This document shows, piece after piece, positions 11,681 through 19,979 of a stretch of DNA of 64,000 nt. The first letter of the stretch is position 1, and every line of letters begins with the position of its first letter. The DNA is taken from positions 300,208-364,207 of the forward strand of contig LBWK01000001.1 of assembly GCA_000993565.1 (NCBI GenBank). The letters run 5' to 3'. The position numbers and the translations under genes are program-made. The stretch is from a candidate division WS6 bacterium GW2011_GWF2_39_15. Its GTDB lineage: Bacteria; Patescibacteriota; Dojkabacteria; SC72. Under the pieces are notes generated by a model. The model worked only from the letters and a program-made list of their open reading frames with translations. It did no database searches and was not told where the DNA came from.

Positions 11681-14461
11681 ATGAACGACGAGAAGGATAA
11701 GATTGTGAAATTGGCAACAGAACAGGATCCAGAAACAAATACACCAGAAACTCCACCAGTGGTTGAAACAGAATCAGAAGACGGAGGAGATGATGAAGGA
11801 CTTTCATTTAATACAGAGTTCAAACCAGGTGAGATAGCAGACAGTTCCATTTCAGATGAGATGAAGACCCGCTACATCGACTACTCAATGTCCGTAATTG
11901 TTTCAAGAGCACTTCCTGAGGTAAAAGATGGTTTGAAACCGTCGCAGAGAAGAATTCTCGTTGCAATGAACGACATGAACCTGATTCCTTCCGCGCACTA
12001 CAGAAAATCAGCAAAAATAGCGGGTGATACTTCAGGTAACTACCACCCGCATGGAGAGGTCGTTATCTATCCTACAATGGTTAAAATGGCTCAGGATTTT
12101 TCAACCCGATACCCGTTAGTAGACGGGCAGGGAAATTTTGGTTCAGTAGACGGGGACCCTGCGGCTGCAATGAGATACACGGAAGCCAAGATGTCAAAAA
12201 TTACAGTGGAACTCCTTCGAGACCTTGAGAAGGGAACCGTCCCTTTTATTCCTAACTATGACGGTACAAGACTGGAACCCACTGTTCTTCCTGCTGCAAT
12301 TCCACAGCTTCTGGCAAACGGAAGCGATGGTATAGCCGTTGGTATGGCAACAAAAATTCCTCCTCACAACCTCACAGAACTAATTACCGCACTGCGCGAA
12401 ATGATCAAGAGAGGAAACAAGTGGGAAGGAAAAGCTATCTATAACGAGCTCAGACTTGATAGAGAAAAGGGAGAGAGAATCCCTATGACCCTCGACCCCA
12501 GACCAGTTGACTACCTTGGCAACTATATAAATAAATATAGTCTGGAGTATGAAAAGCAGAGAGAAGCAATTGCTCTTCGCATTAAAACCGACGAGCGTCT
12601 GTACCCTGAATTCAAATCTGAAATAACGCCTGAAGAACTCATCAACATAATTCCCGGACCTGACTTTCCCACAGGAGGAACTATTTATGACAGGAATGAG
12701 ATTCTGAATGCATATTCAACCGGTAGAGGAAGGATTCTTCAAAGGGCGAAAGCATCTATTGAAGAGGGAAAGAAAGGCAGATACGAGATAATTGTAACTG
12801 AGATACCTTTCCAGGTTAATAAAGCATACCTGACCGAAAAGATTGCTGATTTGGTGAAAGAGAAGAAGGTTGAAGGTATTGCAGATATCCGTGACGAGTC
12901 TAACAGAGAGGGGATGAGAGTTGTAATAATCCTGAAAAAGGATGTCCAGCCGAAAACAGTCCTAAACAAGCTCTACAAGTTTACAGAGATGCAAAAGGTC
13001 TTCAATGCCAATATGATTGCCCTTGTTGAGCAGGAGCCAAAGACACTTCCTCTAAAACAGATGCTGGAGCTATTTTTAAGCTTCAGAATCTCAGTTGTAA
13101 TTAGAAGATTTGAGTTTGATTTAGCAGAGGCAAGGTATAGAGGACATATACTTGAAGGCCTGCTTAAAGCACTAGATATTCTTGATGACATTATTGCCAC
13201 AATACGAGGTTCAAAAACCCAGGAAGAGGCCAAAACCAACCTTATTTCCAAATTTGACTTTACAGAGGTACAGGCACAGGCCATTCTTGAGATGCAGCTC
13301 AGAAAACTCGCTGCTCTGGAGAGAGAGAAACTGCAGGATGAATATAAAGAATTAGGTGAAAAGATTAAAGAGTATACCTTAACCCTTGCAGACCCAATTA
13401 AGATCCTTGGAGTGATCGACGCAGAATTATCCGAGATCGTTGAGAAACACGGTGACGCAAGAAGATCTAAAGTCATTAAAGGCAAGATTGATGAAATTTC
13501 TGAGGAGGATATGGTCGCGGCTGAAAATACACTAGTAACCTTGAGCCACTCGGGATACATAAAGAGGATTCCTCCTGATACATACAGGACTCAGAATAGA
13601 GGAGGAAAGGGTATTACAGGTGCCACGACAAAGGAAGATGACTGGATCTCGCACGCCATTTTGTGCAATACACATGATGACTTGATGTTCTTCAGCAACA
13701 GGGGAAGAGTATTCAGAATAAGGGCATTTGAGATCCCAGAGTATGGAAGAACAGCTAAAGGCCTTCCGATTGTGAACCTCATCTCTTTGGAACAGGGTGA
13801 ATTGATCACAAGCGTTCTTAATATCAGCAGGAACAGTGACGAATCAGGAGTTACATATAAGTTCCTTTTCATGGCTACGAAAAAAGGGACAGTCAAAAAG
13901 ACTGACATTAAAGACTTCGAAAAGATTAGAGCAACCGGATTAATAGCAGCAAAGCTCGAAGGAAGCGACGAACTGCTCAAAGTGATTCCAACCTCAGGGG
14001 AAAGTGAGATCATTATGGTAACAAGAGAAGGTAAGTCAATCAGGTTTAAAGAGGAGGATGTAAGGCCGACAGGAAGGGCTACGATGGGAGTACGCGGTAT
14101 TAAGTTTGCCAAAGACAATGATGAAGTGATATCCATGGATGTTATGGTATCAGAAGAGGGTAATTTCTTTACCCTTTCTGAAAAAGGCTTTGGAAAGATG
14201 AGTAAATTAAGTGATTACACTCTGCAGGGCAGAGGAGGATCAGGTATCTTTACCTTTAGGGTAACCGATAAGACAGGAAAGTTGGTAGTTGCAAAAATTG
14301 TTGATAATAAAGACGAAAGTGAAATAGTCGTGATATCAGAAAACGGCGTAATTATAAGAACGGAGATGAAAAACCTTCCTATTCTTCAGCGCCAAACCTC
14401 GGGAGTAAAAATTATGAATGTCGCAACAGAGGATAAAGTTTCTGCAATTGCCGTAATTTAG
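11681..14461 (+). CDS. gyrA: DNA gyrase subunit A (acidic N-terminal extension and an internal insertion of about 70 aa)
   Basis: [51 protein letters not shown] and C-terminal beta-pinwheel repeats. Confidence 0.97.
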   Translation: MNDEKDKIVKLATEQDPETNTPETPPVVETESEDGGDDEGLSFNTEFKPGEIADSSISDEMKTRYIDYSMSVIVSRALPEVKDGLKPSQRRILVAMNDMNLIPSAHYRKSAKIAGDTSGNYHPHGEVVIYPTMVKMAQDFSTRYPLVDGQGNFGSVDGDPAAAMRYTEAKMSKITVELLRDLEKGTVPFIPNYDGTRLEPTVLPAAIPQLLANGSDGIAVGMATKIPPHNLTELITALREMIKRGNKWEGKAIYNELRLDREKGERIPMTLDPRPVDYLGNYINKYSLEYEKQREAIALRIKTDERLYPEFKSEITPEELINIIPGPDFPTGGTIYDRNEILNAYSTGRGRILQRAKASIEEGKKGRYEIIVTEIPFQVNKAYLTEKIADLVKEKKVEGIADIRDESNREGMRVVIILKKDVQPKTVLNKLYKFTEMQKVFNANMIALVEQEPKTLPLKQMLELFLSFRISVVIRRFEFDLAEARYRGHILEGLLKALDILDDIIATIRGSKTQEEAKTNLISKFDFTEVQAQAILEMQLRKLAALEREKLQDEYKELGEKIKEYTLTLADPIKILGVIDAELSEIVEKHGDARRSKVIKGKIDEISEEDMVAAENTLVTLSHSGYIKRIPPDTYRTQNRGGKGITGATTKEDDWISHAILCNTHDDLMFFSNRGRVFRIRAFEIPEYGRTAKGLPIVNLISLEQGELITSVLNISRNSDESGVTYKFLFMATKKGTVKKTDIKDFEKIRATGLIAAKLEGSDELLKVIPTSGESEIIMVTREGKSIRFKEEDVRPTGRATMGVRGIKFAKDNDEVISMDVMVSEEGNFFTLSEKGFGKMSKLSDYTLQGRGGSGIFTFRVTDKTGKLVVAKIVDNKDESEIVVISENGVIIRTEMKNLPILQRQTSGVKIMNVATEDKVSAIAVI

Positions 14462-14482
14462 TTTAATTGTTAACGATTTCAA

Positions 14483-15100
14483 ATGAGACAGTTACTAATT
14501 AATAAGCTGATTACGGATAAGAAGGTATTAAGTCTCCTGACGCTTAACGACTTCGGAACCTGGTCAAGTGCGAGTCTCTCAGGAATTATATTTCCACTCT
14601 TCTCTATATCACAAATTAAAGGTGCTGATCTAACAGATGTTGGACTATCATCCCTAGTATTCTTAGGTGTAAGTGCTGCTCTCAATCTTCCTTTAGGAAA
14701 GGCTATGGATAGGCTTAAAGGGTACGTGGATGAAACCTATATTCTCGTAGCCTCCTCGGTGCTTAGAGGCATTGCCCTAATTCTTCTCGCCTATTCAACT
14801 TCACTCGCAGCATTATACTTCTATCAAATAATACTGGGAATCGCTCGGTCAATGAACTATGTTTCCTGGAGGGTTCTATTTAGCAAGTACCTGGATCCCA
14901 AGCATGTAGGGGAGCAGTGGAGCGTTTATGACTCGGTTATCGCCATTGGCCTTGGTATAGCAACGTTTATAGGCGGCTACATGGGTGATAATTTCCCGTA
15001 TTCATATGTAATTCTTGTTGCAGGTCTAGTCTCTATTGTTGGAGGCGTATTTCCTCTATTTATTGTAAAGGACGTGAAAGAGATTGCTGAAGAGAAATAA
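14483..15100 (+). CDS. six-TM half-size MFS-like membrane protein
   Basis: Six predicted TM helices. An MFS motif-A-like LGKAMDRLKG lies between TM2 and TM3. No second six-TM half follows, because the next gene starts at 15129. Confidence 0.5.
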   Translation: MRQLLINKLITDKKVLSLLTLNDFGTWSSASLSGIIFPLFSISQIKGADLTDVGLSSLVFLGVSAALNLPLGKAMDRLKGYVDETYILVASSVLRGIALILLAYSTSLAALYFYQIILGIARSMNYVSWRVLFSKYLDPKHVGEQWSVYDSVIAIGLGIATFIGGYMGDNFPYSYVILVAGLVSIVGGVFPLFIVKDVKEIAEEK

Positions 15101-15128
15101 ACGGGTAATGAAATGATATACTCAAGTT

Positions 15129-16028
15129 ATGGAAATAACGTTAAACAGAGAGAGTAAAGAGAGAAGGATCGGCATTCTTTTTATTCGTCTTTTTATACCC
15201 CTCCTGTTACTTTTTACTGTCCTTTCTGTAGGGCTATGGAAATATTCATACATCTTTGGACGTTCCAATGAAACAGAGAAGGATGTACCCGTATTAAAAG
15301 TAGGGGAGAGAAATGAAACGAGCCTACTCAAACCTCTTCCAATTCCACAACCTTCTATCAAGAAAATTGTCGTGCCTGTAGCGCCTAAGAGTGCCGGAAC
15401 AAGTACCGCAGGCTGGTGGAAATATCCAAACGTGATTAAGGAAACAACTAGGTCAGGTGACGATTTATTAGTGTTAGTGAATAAAGAGTATAGATTACCT
15501 TCTACATACGTTCCTGCAGGTTTGGTTTATGCTAATACTAGCGGGATCAGGGTAACTACAAAAGCAAGCTACATGTTAAGGAGTATTGTAATTGAAGATT
15601 TAAGGGAGCTTAATAATGATGCAAAGAAGGCAGGGTTGAACTTGAGTGTGATATCGGGTTATCGGTCGTATGCAGCTCAATCCGGCACCTATAACTACTG
15701 GGTTAATTACAACGGCGGCAACTATGATGTAGTGGACCAGATATCCGCCAGGCCGGGACACAGCCAGCATCAGCTTGGTACAGCCATGGATTTTTCAAGT
15801 AGTGAGATAGGGGACAGGCTGGGAAGTGAGTTTACAGATACGAAGGCAGGTAAGTGGTTAGCCGCAAATGCATGGAAGTATGGATTTGTGATTTCATATC
15901 CAAAGGGGTGGGAAGCGGTAACAGGGTATACTTATGAGAGCTGGCATTACAGATACATAGGGAGAGAGAATGCCAAAGAGATGGTAGAGAGTGGTATCAT
16001 ATTGGAAGATTATTTAAAAAATAAGTAA
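15129..16028 (+). CDS. M15B (VanY-type) D-alanyl-D-alanine carboxypeptidase, membrane-anchored
   Basis: SGYRSYAAQ, SQHQLGTAMD and ESWHYRY zinc-site motifs, with an N-terminal TM helix. Confidence 0.8.
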   Translation: MEITLNRESKERRIGILFIRLFIPLLLLFTVLSVGLWKYSYIFGRSNETEKDVPVLKVGERNETSLLKPLPIPQPSIKKIVVPVAPKSAGTSTAGWWKYPNVIKETTRSGDDLLVLVNKEYRLPSTYVPAGLVYANTSGIRVTTKASYMLRSIVIEDLRELNNDAKKAGLNLSVISGYRSYAAQSGTYNYWVNYNGGNYDVVDQISARPGHSQHQLGTAMDFSSSEIGDRLGSEFTDTKAGKWLAANAWKYGFVISYPKGWEAVTGYTYESWHYRYIGRENAKEMVESGIILEDYLKNK

Positions 16029-16031
16029 GAA

Positions 16032-16676
16032 GTGAATAAGAAAAGAGTTTTAAACAAGATCCTTAATTGGTATATACTCGTGGGAGTAGTTATGCTCGTA
16101 GTAGCAACCTTATTTATTCTCTCCCCGATTTATCCTTATATCTGGTTCCAAATAAATAATGATGCTTTAGCCAAAGAGCAAGCAAATGTAGTCACTCTCA
16201 TCAACAATATAGATGAAGAGGAAAGAAGTAATACAGCTCCGGAAACTCCAGATCTACCGTCATTTGATTCATCACTTACATCTACAAACACCCTTTTAAT
16301 TCCCTCCATTGGAGTTGTAGGAGCAATAAATGAAAATTCTATTCCGGAAAACGGACTTTCTAAAGGTGTATGGAGAGTTTCTGAATGGGGAGATCCAATT
16401 AATAACACAAACCCGATTATTCTTGCTTCACATAGATTTGGTTATTTAGCCTGGAGTAACAGTTATAGAAAGAAGAATTCATTTGAGAACCTTCCTAAAA
16501 CTAAAGTAGGGGATACCATAGAGATAATATGGGAACAGAGAAGATTTAGATATAAAATATATAAAGTGGAAGAGAATACTAAGATTGCTGATTATAAAGC
16601 CAACCTCATTCTTTACACTTGTAAAACACTAAACTCAGAGATTAGAGTTTTTAGATATGCTATGAGAGTAGAATAA
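16032..16676 (+). CDS. sortase-family transpeptidase
   Basis: GTG start, N-terminal TM helix, His motif ILASHRFG, Cys motif LILYTCKT, and a downstream Arg (IRVFRY). Confidence 0.75.
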   Translation: MNKKRVLNKILNWYILVGVVMLVVATLFILSPIYPYIWFQINNDALAKEQANVVTLINNIDEEERSNTAPETPDLPSFDSSLTSTNTLLIPSIGVVGAINENSIPENGLSKGVWRVSEWGDPINNTNPIILASHRFGYLAWSNSYRKKNSFENLPKTKVGDTIEIIWEQRRFRYKIYKVEENTKIADYKANLILYTCKTLNSEIRVFRYAMRVE

Positions 16677-16677
16677 A

Positions 16678-17895
16678 CTAAGCAGCAAATGATAAAGGTT
16701 GGGAACTCTTCTCGACTTTCGATCCCTTAGGTATAGAACTTCCGCCAGCAATTATTCCGGCAAGGTCAAACAAACCCCATGGGAGAGGTTGATAAAGAGA
16801 TATAAAATTAGCGGTGAAGTTAGCATTTATTATTTCCTGATTTTGACTTAATTCACCAATCCGAAATCCTTTTCTTCTAATGTAATCTGAGAAGACTGCC
16901 TGAACATATGTAGAGTGAGACTCATTCGCCAACAATGAATGATATTGTTTTCCTAACGCAGTATTAATATCTCTGGACATAATATAACCACCTGCATTTA
17001 CCAAAATAGAGGGAAGTAAATACCATCCATTTACTCCGAAAGCCATAAGAATACTTAATATATCTATCACCTGAAATCTTTTCTGAGTGATTATGAACTC
17101 TCTGGACCTATTCGAGACTTCCGGATATTTATATGCAAACCAACTATGTGCTGCTTCATGTGCGAGAATCTCTGCTGGGGTTAATATCTCACGATATACT
17201 TTATCTGAAAAGAAGGAATTCATAATATGAATCCTATTCCCATCGATCCCCATTCCAGCTCTCAATAATGATGGCCTAAGAATATATTCATACCATTTAA
17301 ATCTCGCAAATACGATTTCCGCATTCGGGATAAGAGAATTAATATCAAGAGTATTCCCATTTGGAGACGTTTGATAAAAACCGACAGTACTTAAATACTT
17401 ATCCGGCGACGACGTTCCTGATTTTAGATCAAATACAATGTCTACATTGTTGTTGCCAGGAATATCATAATTTATCCTTAATAATCCATTAGATACAGCA
17501 CCTTTGAAATCTCCACCCTTCATTGACCTAAACATCGTTTTCAAATTGTCTTCAGTGCTTGTACTTAAGCCATCTCCCGCAATTATATGTGGATCCAATG
17601 TTCCTACATCCTGTAGGGGAGTTTCCCAGAGAAACATGGTCTCATTACCATATTTTTCTCTGAAGAGTTCACCAGGAGCTGTTTTTTCAATTCTTACACC
17701 TTTAAAATATTCAATTACCTCATCAGCTTCCGGAAGATGATCCTTAACAAAATCAGCATCTGTTCCCGGAGGGGTTTGCCAGTTTTCCCTGACTTGTTTT
17801 AATCCAGCAGAGTATGCGTAAGTATTATTCATATCGTAATTATAAACTATTGCATCCAAATTAACTATAGGGTATAATTCTCCCAGATATTTCAT
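16678..17895 (-). CDS. putative zinc metalloprotease (HExxH) with a membrane segment, family unknown
   Basis: ILAHEAAHSW (HExxH) is followed by the hydrophobic segment VIDILSILMAFGVNGWYLLPSILV. Confidence 0.45.
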   Translation of the reverse strand: MKYLGELYPIVNLDAIVYNYDMNNTYAYSAGLKQVRENWQTPPGTDADFVKDHLPEADEVIEYFKGVRIEKTAPGELFREKYGNETMFLWETPLQDVGTLDPHIIAGDGLSTSTEDNLKTMFRSMKGGDFKGAVSNGLLRINYDIPGNNNVDIVFDLKSGTSSPDKYLSTVGFYQTSPNGNTLDINSLIPNAEIVFARFKWYEYILRPSLLRAGMGIDGNRIHIMNSFFSDKVYREILTPAEILAHEAAHSWFAYKYPEVSNRSREFIITQKRFQVIDILSILMAFGVNGWYLLPSILVNAGGYIMSRDINTALGKQYHSLLANESHSTYVQAVFSDYIRRKGFRIGELSQNQEIINANFTANFISLYQPLPWGLFDLAGIIAGGSSIPKGSKVEKSSQPLSFAA

Positions 17896-17907
17896 ATATC
17901 ATTAATT

Positions 17908-18159
17908 ATGAGAAATACTAAATTACAATCTATATTTGCAGTTGCCATATTAGCAATGGTTTTCTTTTTTGCTATAAACGGTAATACATTTGCAAGTGGA
18001 TATGGTCCTTACGGGCCTTATGGTCCATACGGTCCTCATAATCCCGTTGATGCAAGTATTGTAAATACAGATGTATTTTCTATAGTTGGTCTTTCTTTGT
18101 ATGGAGCAGGTAGTGCATTAATTGCAAATGCTTCAAAGCTCAAGAAACTTATTAAGTAA
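17908..18159 (+). CDS. small secreted protein with a (GPY)x4 repeat and a C-terminal TM helix plus basic tail
   Basis: Signal peptide MRNTKLQSIFAVAILAMVFFFAINGNTFA, then GYGPYGPYGPYGPH (9-bp tandem repeat, 18001-18036). The C terminus is VFSIVGLSLYGAGSALIANASKLKKLIK. Confidence 0.5.
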   Translation: MRNTKLQSIFAVAILAMVFFFAINGNTFASGYGPYGPYGPYGPHNPVDASIVNTDVFSIVGLSLYGAGSALIANASKLKKLIK

Positions 18160-18252
18160 TACTCATTTCCTGACCTTTCCTTGTTTATTGCCCTTTAACA
18201 ACTGATCTATGTCATTAGTGTAAGTTCGGTTAACTAGAAAAGGAGAACCCCC

Positions 18253-18486
18253 ATGATACTTGATTTGATTTCCCCCATTTTACTGTCACTTTGGTATTTT
18301 GTGATTACCTTGGGAGGCTTCTACGCCTTCTACATTGTGGTCACATCATCCTTAGTGGCAAAGAGTAAGGTGAAGCTAGTATTAATCTTAGCGTGCTTGC
18401 AAAGCGTTGTAATACCGATCATGATATCGGCTACACCCGCTGGGCTACACGCTTTGAGAGATCTTCTCACCCTACTTTTATCTTAA
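18253..18486 (+). CDS. small hydrophobic membrane protein (77 aa)
   Basis: Two to three TM helices. A GGAG Shine-Dalgarno (AAAAGGAGAA) is followed by a 7-nt spacer before the ATG. Confidence 0.4.
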   Translation: MILDLISPILLSLWYFVITLGGFYAFYIVVTSSLVAKSKVKLVLILACLQSVVIPIMISATPAGLHALRDLLTLLLS

Positions 18487-18539
18487 CCGTCGTGCACTAT
18501 CAGGTGCGTTTTTAGAAATAGAGACGCACCTGCGGTTAA
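18483..18539 (+). terminator. nested hairpin element starting at the stop codon (copy A of a two-copy structured element)
   Basis: Outer stem TTAACCG (18483-18489) pairs with CGGTTAA (18533-18539). Inner stem CAGGTGCGT (18501-18509) pairs with ACGCACCTG (18524-18532). No clear U-tract. Confidence 0.45.
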
Positions 18540-18690
18540 TCCTTATATTAATGATATAGACTACATTAACCTATAGTATTTACATTTAAGACAGTATGTA
18601 CTATAATGTAACTAGCAATTTAACAATTAAATAGATTAACTTAAATCTGGTGCGCTTAAATCCTAAAAGGATTTCCAGATATAAATTAGT

Positions 18691-18739
18691 GATTAAAGAA
18701 ATAAGCGCCACATGTAAAACTGTGGCGCTTTCTTTAATC
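18691..18739. other. long near-perfect hairpin in ORF-free DNA
   Basis: GATTAAAGAAATAAGCGCCACA / TGTGGCGCTTTCTTTAATC, a stem of about 20 bp with one bulge and an 8-nt loop. Confidence 0.5.
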
Positions 18740-19030
18740 ATTGTAAGTTGGTCAGAAAAATACATATAGAATTACATTTAAGCGAATGTAGTACTAAATG
18801 TTTCTGACCAGCTTAGAATGAAAATATAGAGGATACATAGATTAATGTTAAAAGAATATTTTTACATTAAATATGTCTCTTTTAGAAATAAAAGGACAAG
18901 TTCTTTTAAAAGCCTGATATATGATAATAGTAGTATATTTATATACTCAAATTACATATTTGATGGCAACACTCGTTGAAAAAGAATCGGACGGAAAGAT
19001 GGAAGGTATAGGATGTATAGAGTTACATCT

Positions 19031-19078
19031 CTTCATCGGATAAAGAGTTTTATTATTAGAATTTTTTATCTGATGAAG
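19031..19078 (+). promoter_or_regulatory. 14-bp stem-loop in the leader of the GC-rich lipoprotein gene
   Basis: CTTCATCGGATAAA (19031-19044) pairs with TTTATCTGATGAAG (19065-19078) with one G-U. It is followed by AGCACgcaGTGCT (19079-19091) and GCCAC...GTGGC (19106-19143). Confidence 0.4.
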
Positions 19079-19170
19079 AGCACGCAGTGCTCTAGAAAAT
19101 CCTTTGCCACGAGGGGGAAACACCCTTCATACCATCAGGTGGCCAACAAACAACTACCAAGGAGGTAGTG

Positions 19171-19899
19171 ATGAAACCCATGACCGTTATTTCAAGTCTG
19201 GTTCTTTTTGCTGTTCTGCTGACTGCATGCAATATCGGCGCGGTTCAATCCGTTTCTGGCGACGTCTCCGCTTGCGGTGGCGTTGTTTCCATGAACGCTG
19301 ATGGAACCTTTACGGCAGATGTCGGCACGATCGTGTACACGATTGGTGGGATCACCCTTCACTATGAAGATGGAGATCCTCTCAAGCTTAACGCTGGGCA
19401 GTTTGCCACAGTCACTGAGCTTGTGACAATCAATCCCACGGCTGGAACCATCACTGGTAAAGTGATTCCAGGCGTCGGTACACCTCCTGCCTGCGTTGTA
19501 GCAGCTGCAGCTATCGTTCCTGCAACCATGACGCCTCAACCGGTTTCGACCGAGTTGGACTTCGTGCTTGCACACGGGGCGCACTTTGCGGATTACATCA
19601 CACCTGGCCGCGACTACCGCGAGCTGTCCGTGATGGACGTCTACAATGCGCTGAAAGCGTATGGATACGAGGACACCGATTTTCTGGTCATTGCCCACTC
19701 AGATGAAGTGCGCGAATGGCAGGAATCTCGGCTTCTCGCGAAATCCTTCGATGCCGGAAAGGCCCTCATTGCCGTTGGCGAGGTGAAGAACCTTAAATCT
19801 GACAAAGCTTTCATGCTGGTCAGTGCCAATGTGTATGATGGTCCGAATGACATCAATGGGAATCCGCTTGAGGTCTTCGACCCCACGCCCAACGAGTGA
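19171..19899 (+). CDS. lipoprotein of unknown function, compositionally foreign (about 55% GC)
   Basis: Consensus SD AAGGAGG (19159-19165) with a 5-nt spacer before the ATG at 19171. Signal MKPMTVISSLVLFAVLLTAC carries a lipobox. GC sampled by hand is about 55%, against about 30-38% in the flanks. Confidence 0.6.
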   Translation: MKPMTVISSLVLFAVLLTACNIGAVQSVSGDVSACGGVVSMNADGTFTADVGTIVYTIGGITLHYEDGDPLKLNAGQFATVTELVTINPTAGTITGKVIPGVGTPPACVVAAAAIVPATMTPQPVSTELDFVLAHGAHFADYITPGRDYRELSVMDVYNALKAYGYEDTDFLVIAHSDEVREWQESRLLAKSFDAGKALIAVGEVKNLKSDKAFMLVSANVYDGPNDINGNPLEVFDPTPNE

Positions 19900-19968
19900 T
19901 CCATATCACCGCTCCCTAACTTATCTCTGAAAGGAGGTTAAAAAATAAGTTTAGGGAGCGGTGGATCA
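19897..19968. terminator. long imperfect hairpin between convergent genes (likely bidirectional terminator)
   Basis: TGATCCAtatCACCGCTCCCTAACTTAT ... ATAAGTTTAGGGAGCGGTGGATCA. Confidence 0.5.
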
Positions 19969-19979
19969 TTCAAAAGAAT

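Noticed and set aside
12973-14136. Long antisense ORFs inside gyrA (12973-13560, 13591-14136). Similar antisense ORFs occur inside gyrB, the giant ORF, dnaB, the protease genes and others.
   Set aside because: They lie fully opposite strongly conserved coding sequence. They have Ser/Leu/Ile-rich low-complexity translations typical of antisense frames and no independent start or SD context.
19100-19170. A known riboswitch, with guanidine-III-like ACGAGG...ACCC...CAGG...ACAA fragments, upstream of the GC-rich lipoprotein gene
   Set aside because: The pseudoknot helices of that class cannot be formed from this sequence, and the downstream gene is not a known regulon member. I kept it only as an unclassified structured leader.
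19104-19904. Overlapping ORFs 19104-19301 (+), 19192-19698 (-) and 19641-19904 (-) in the GC-rich islet
   Set aside because: High GC suppresses stop codons in all frames. Only the 19171-19899 frame has a consensus SD, a lipoprotein signal and a sensible composition.
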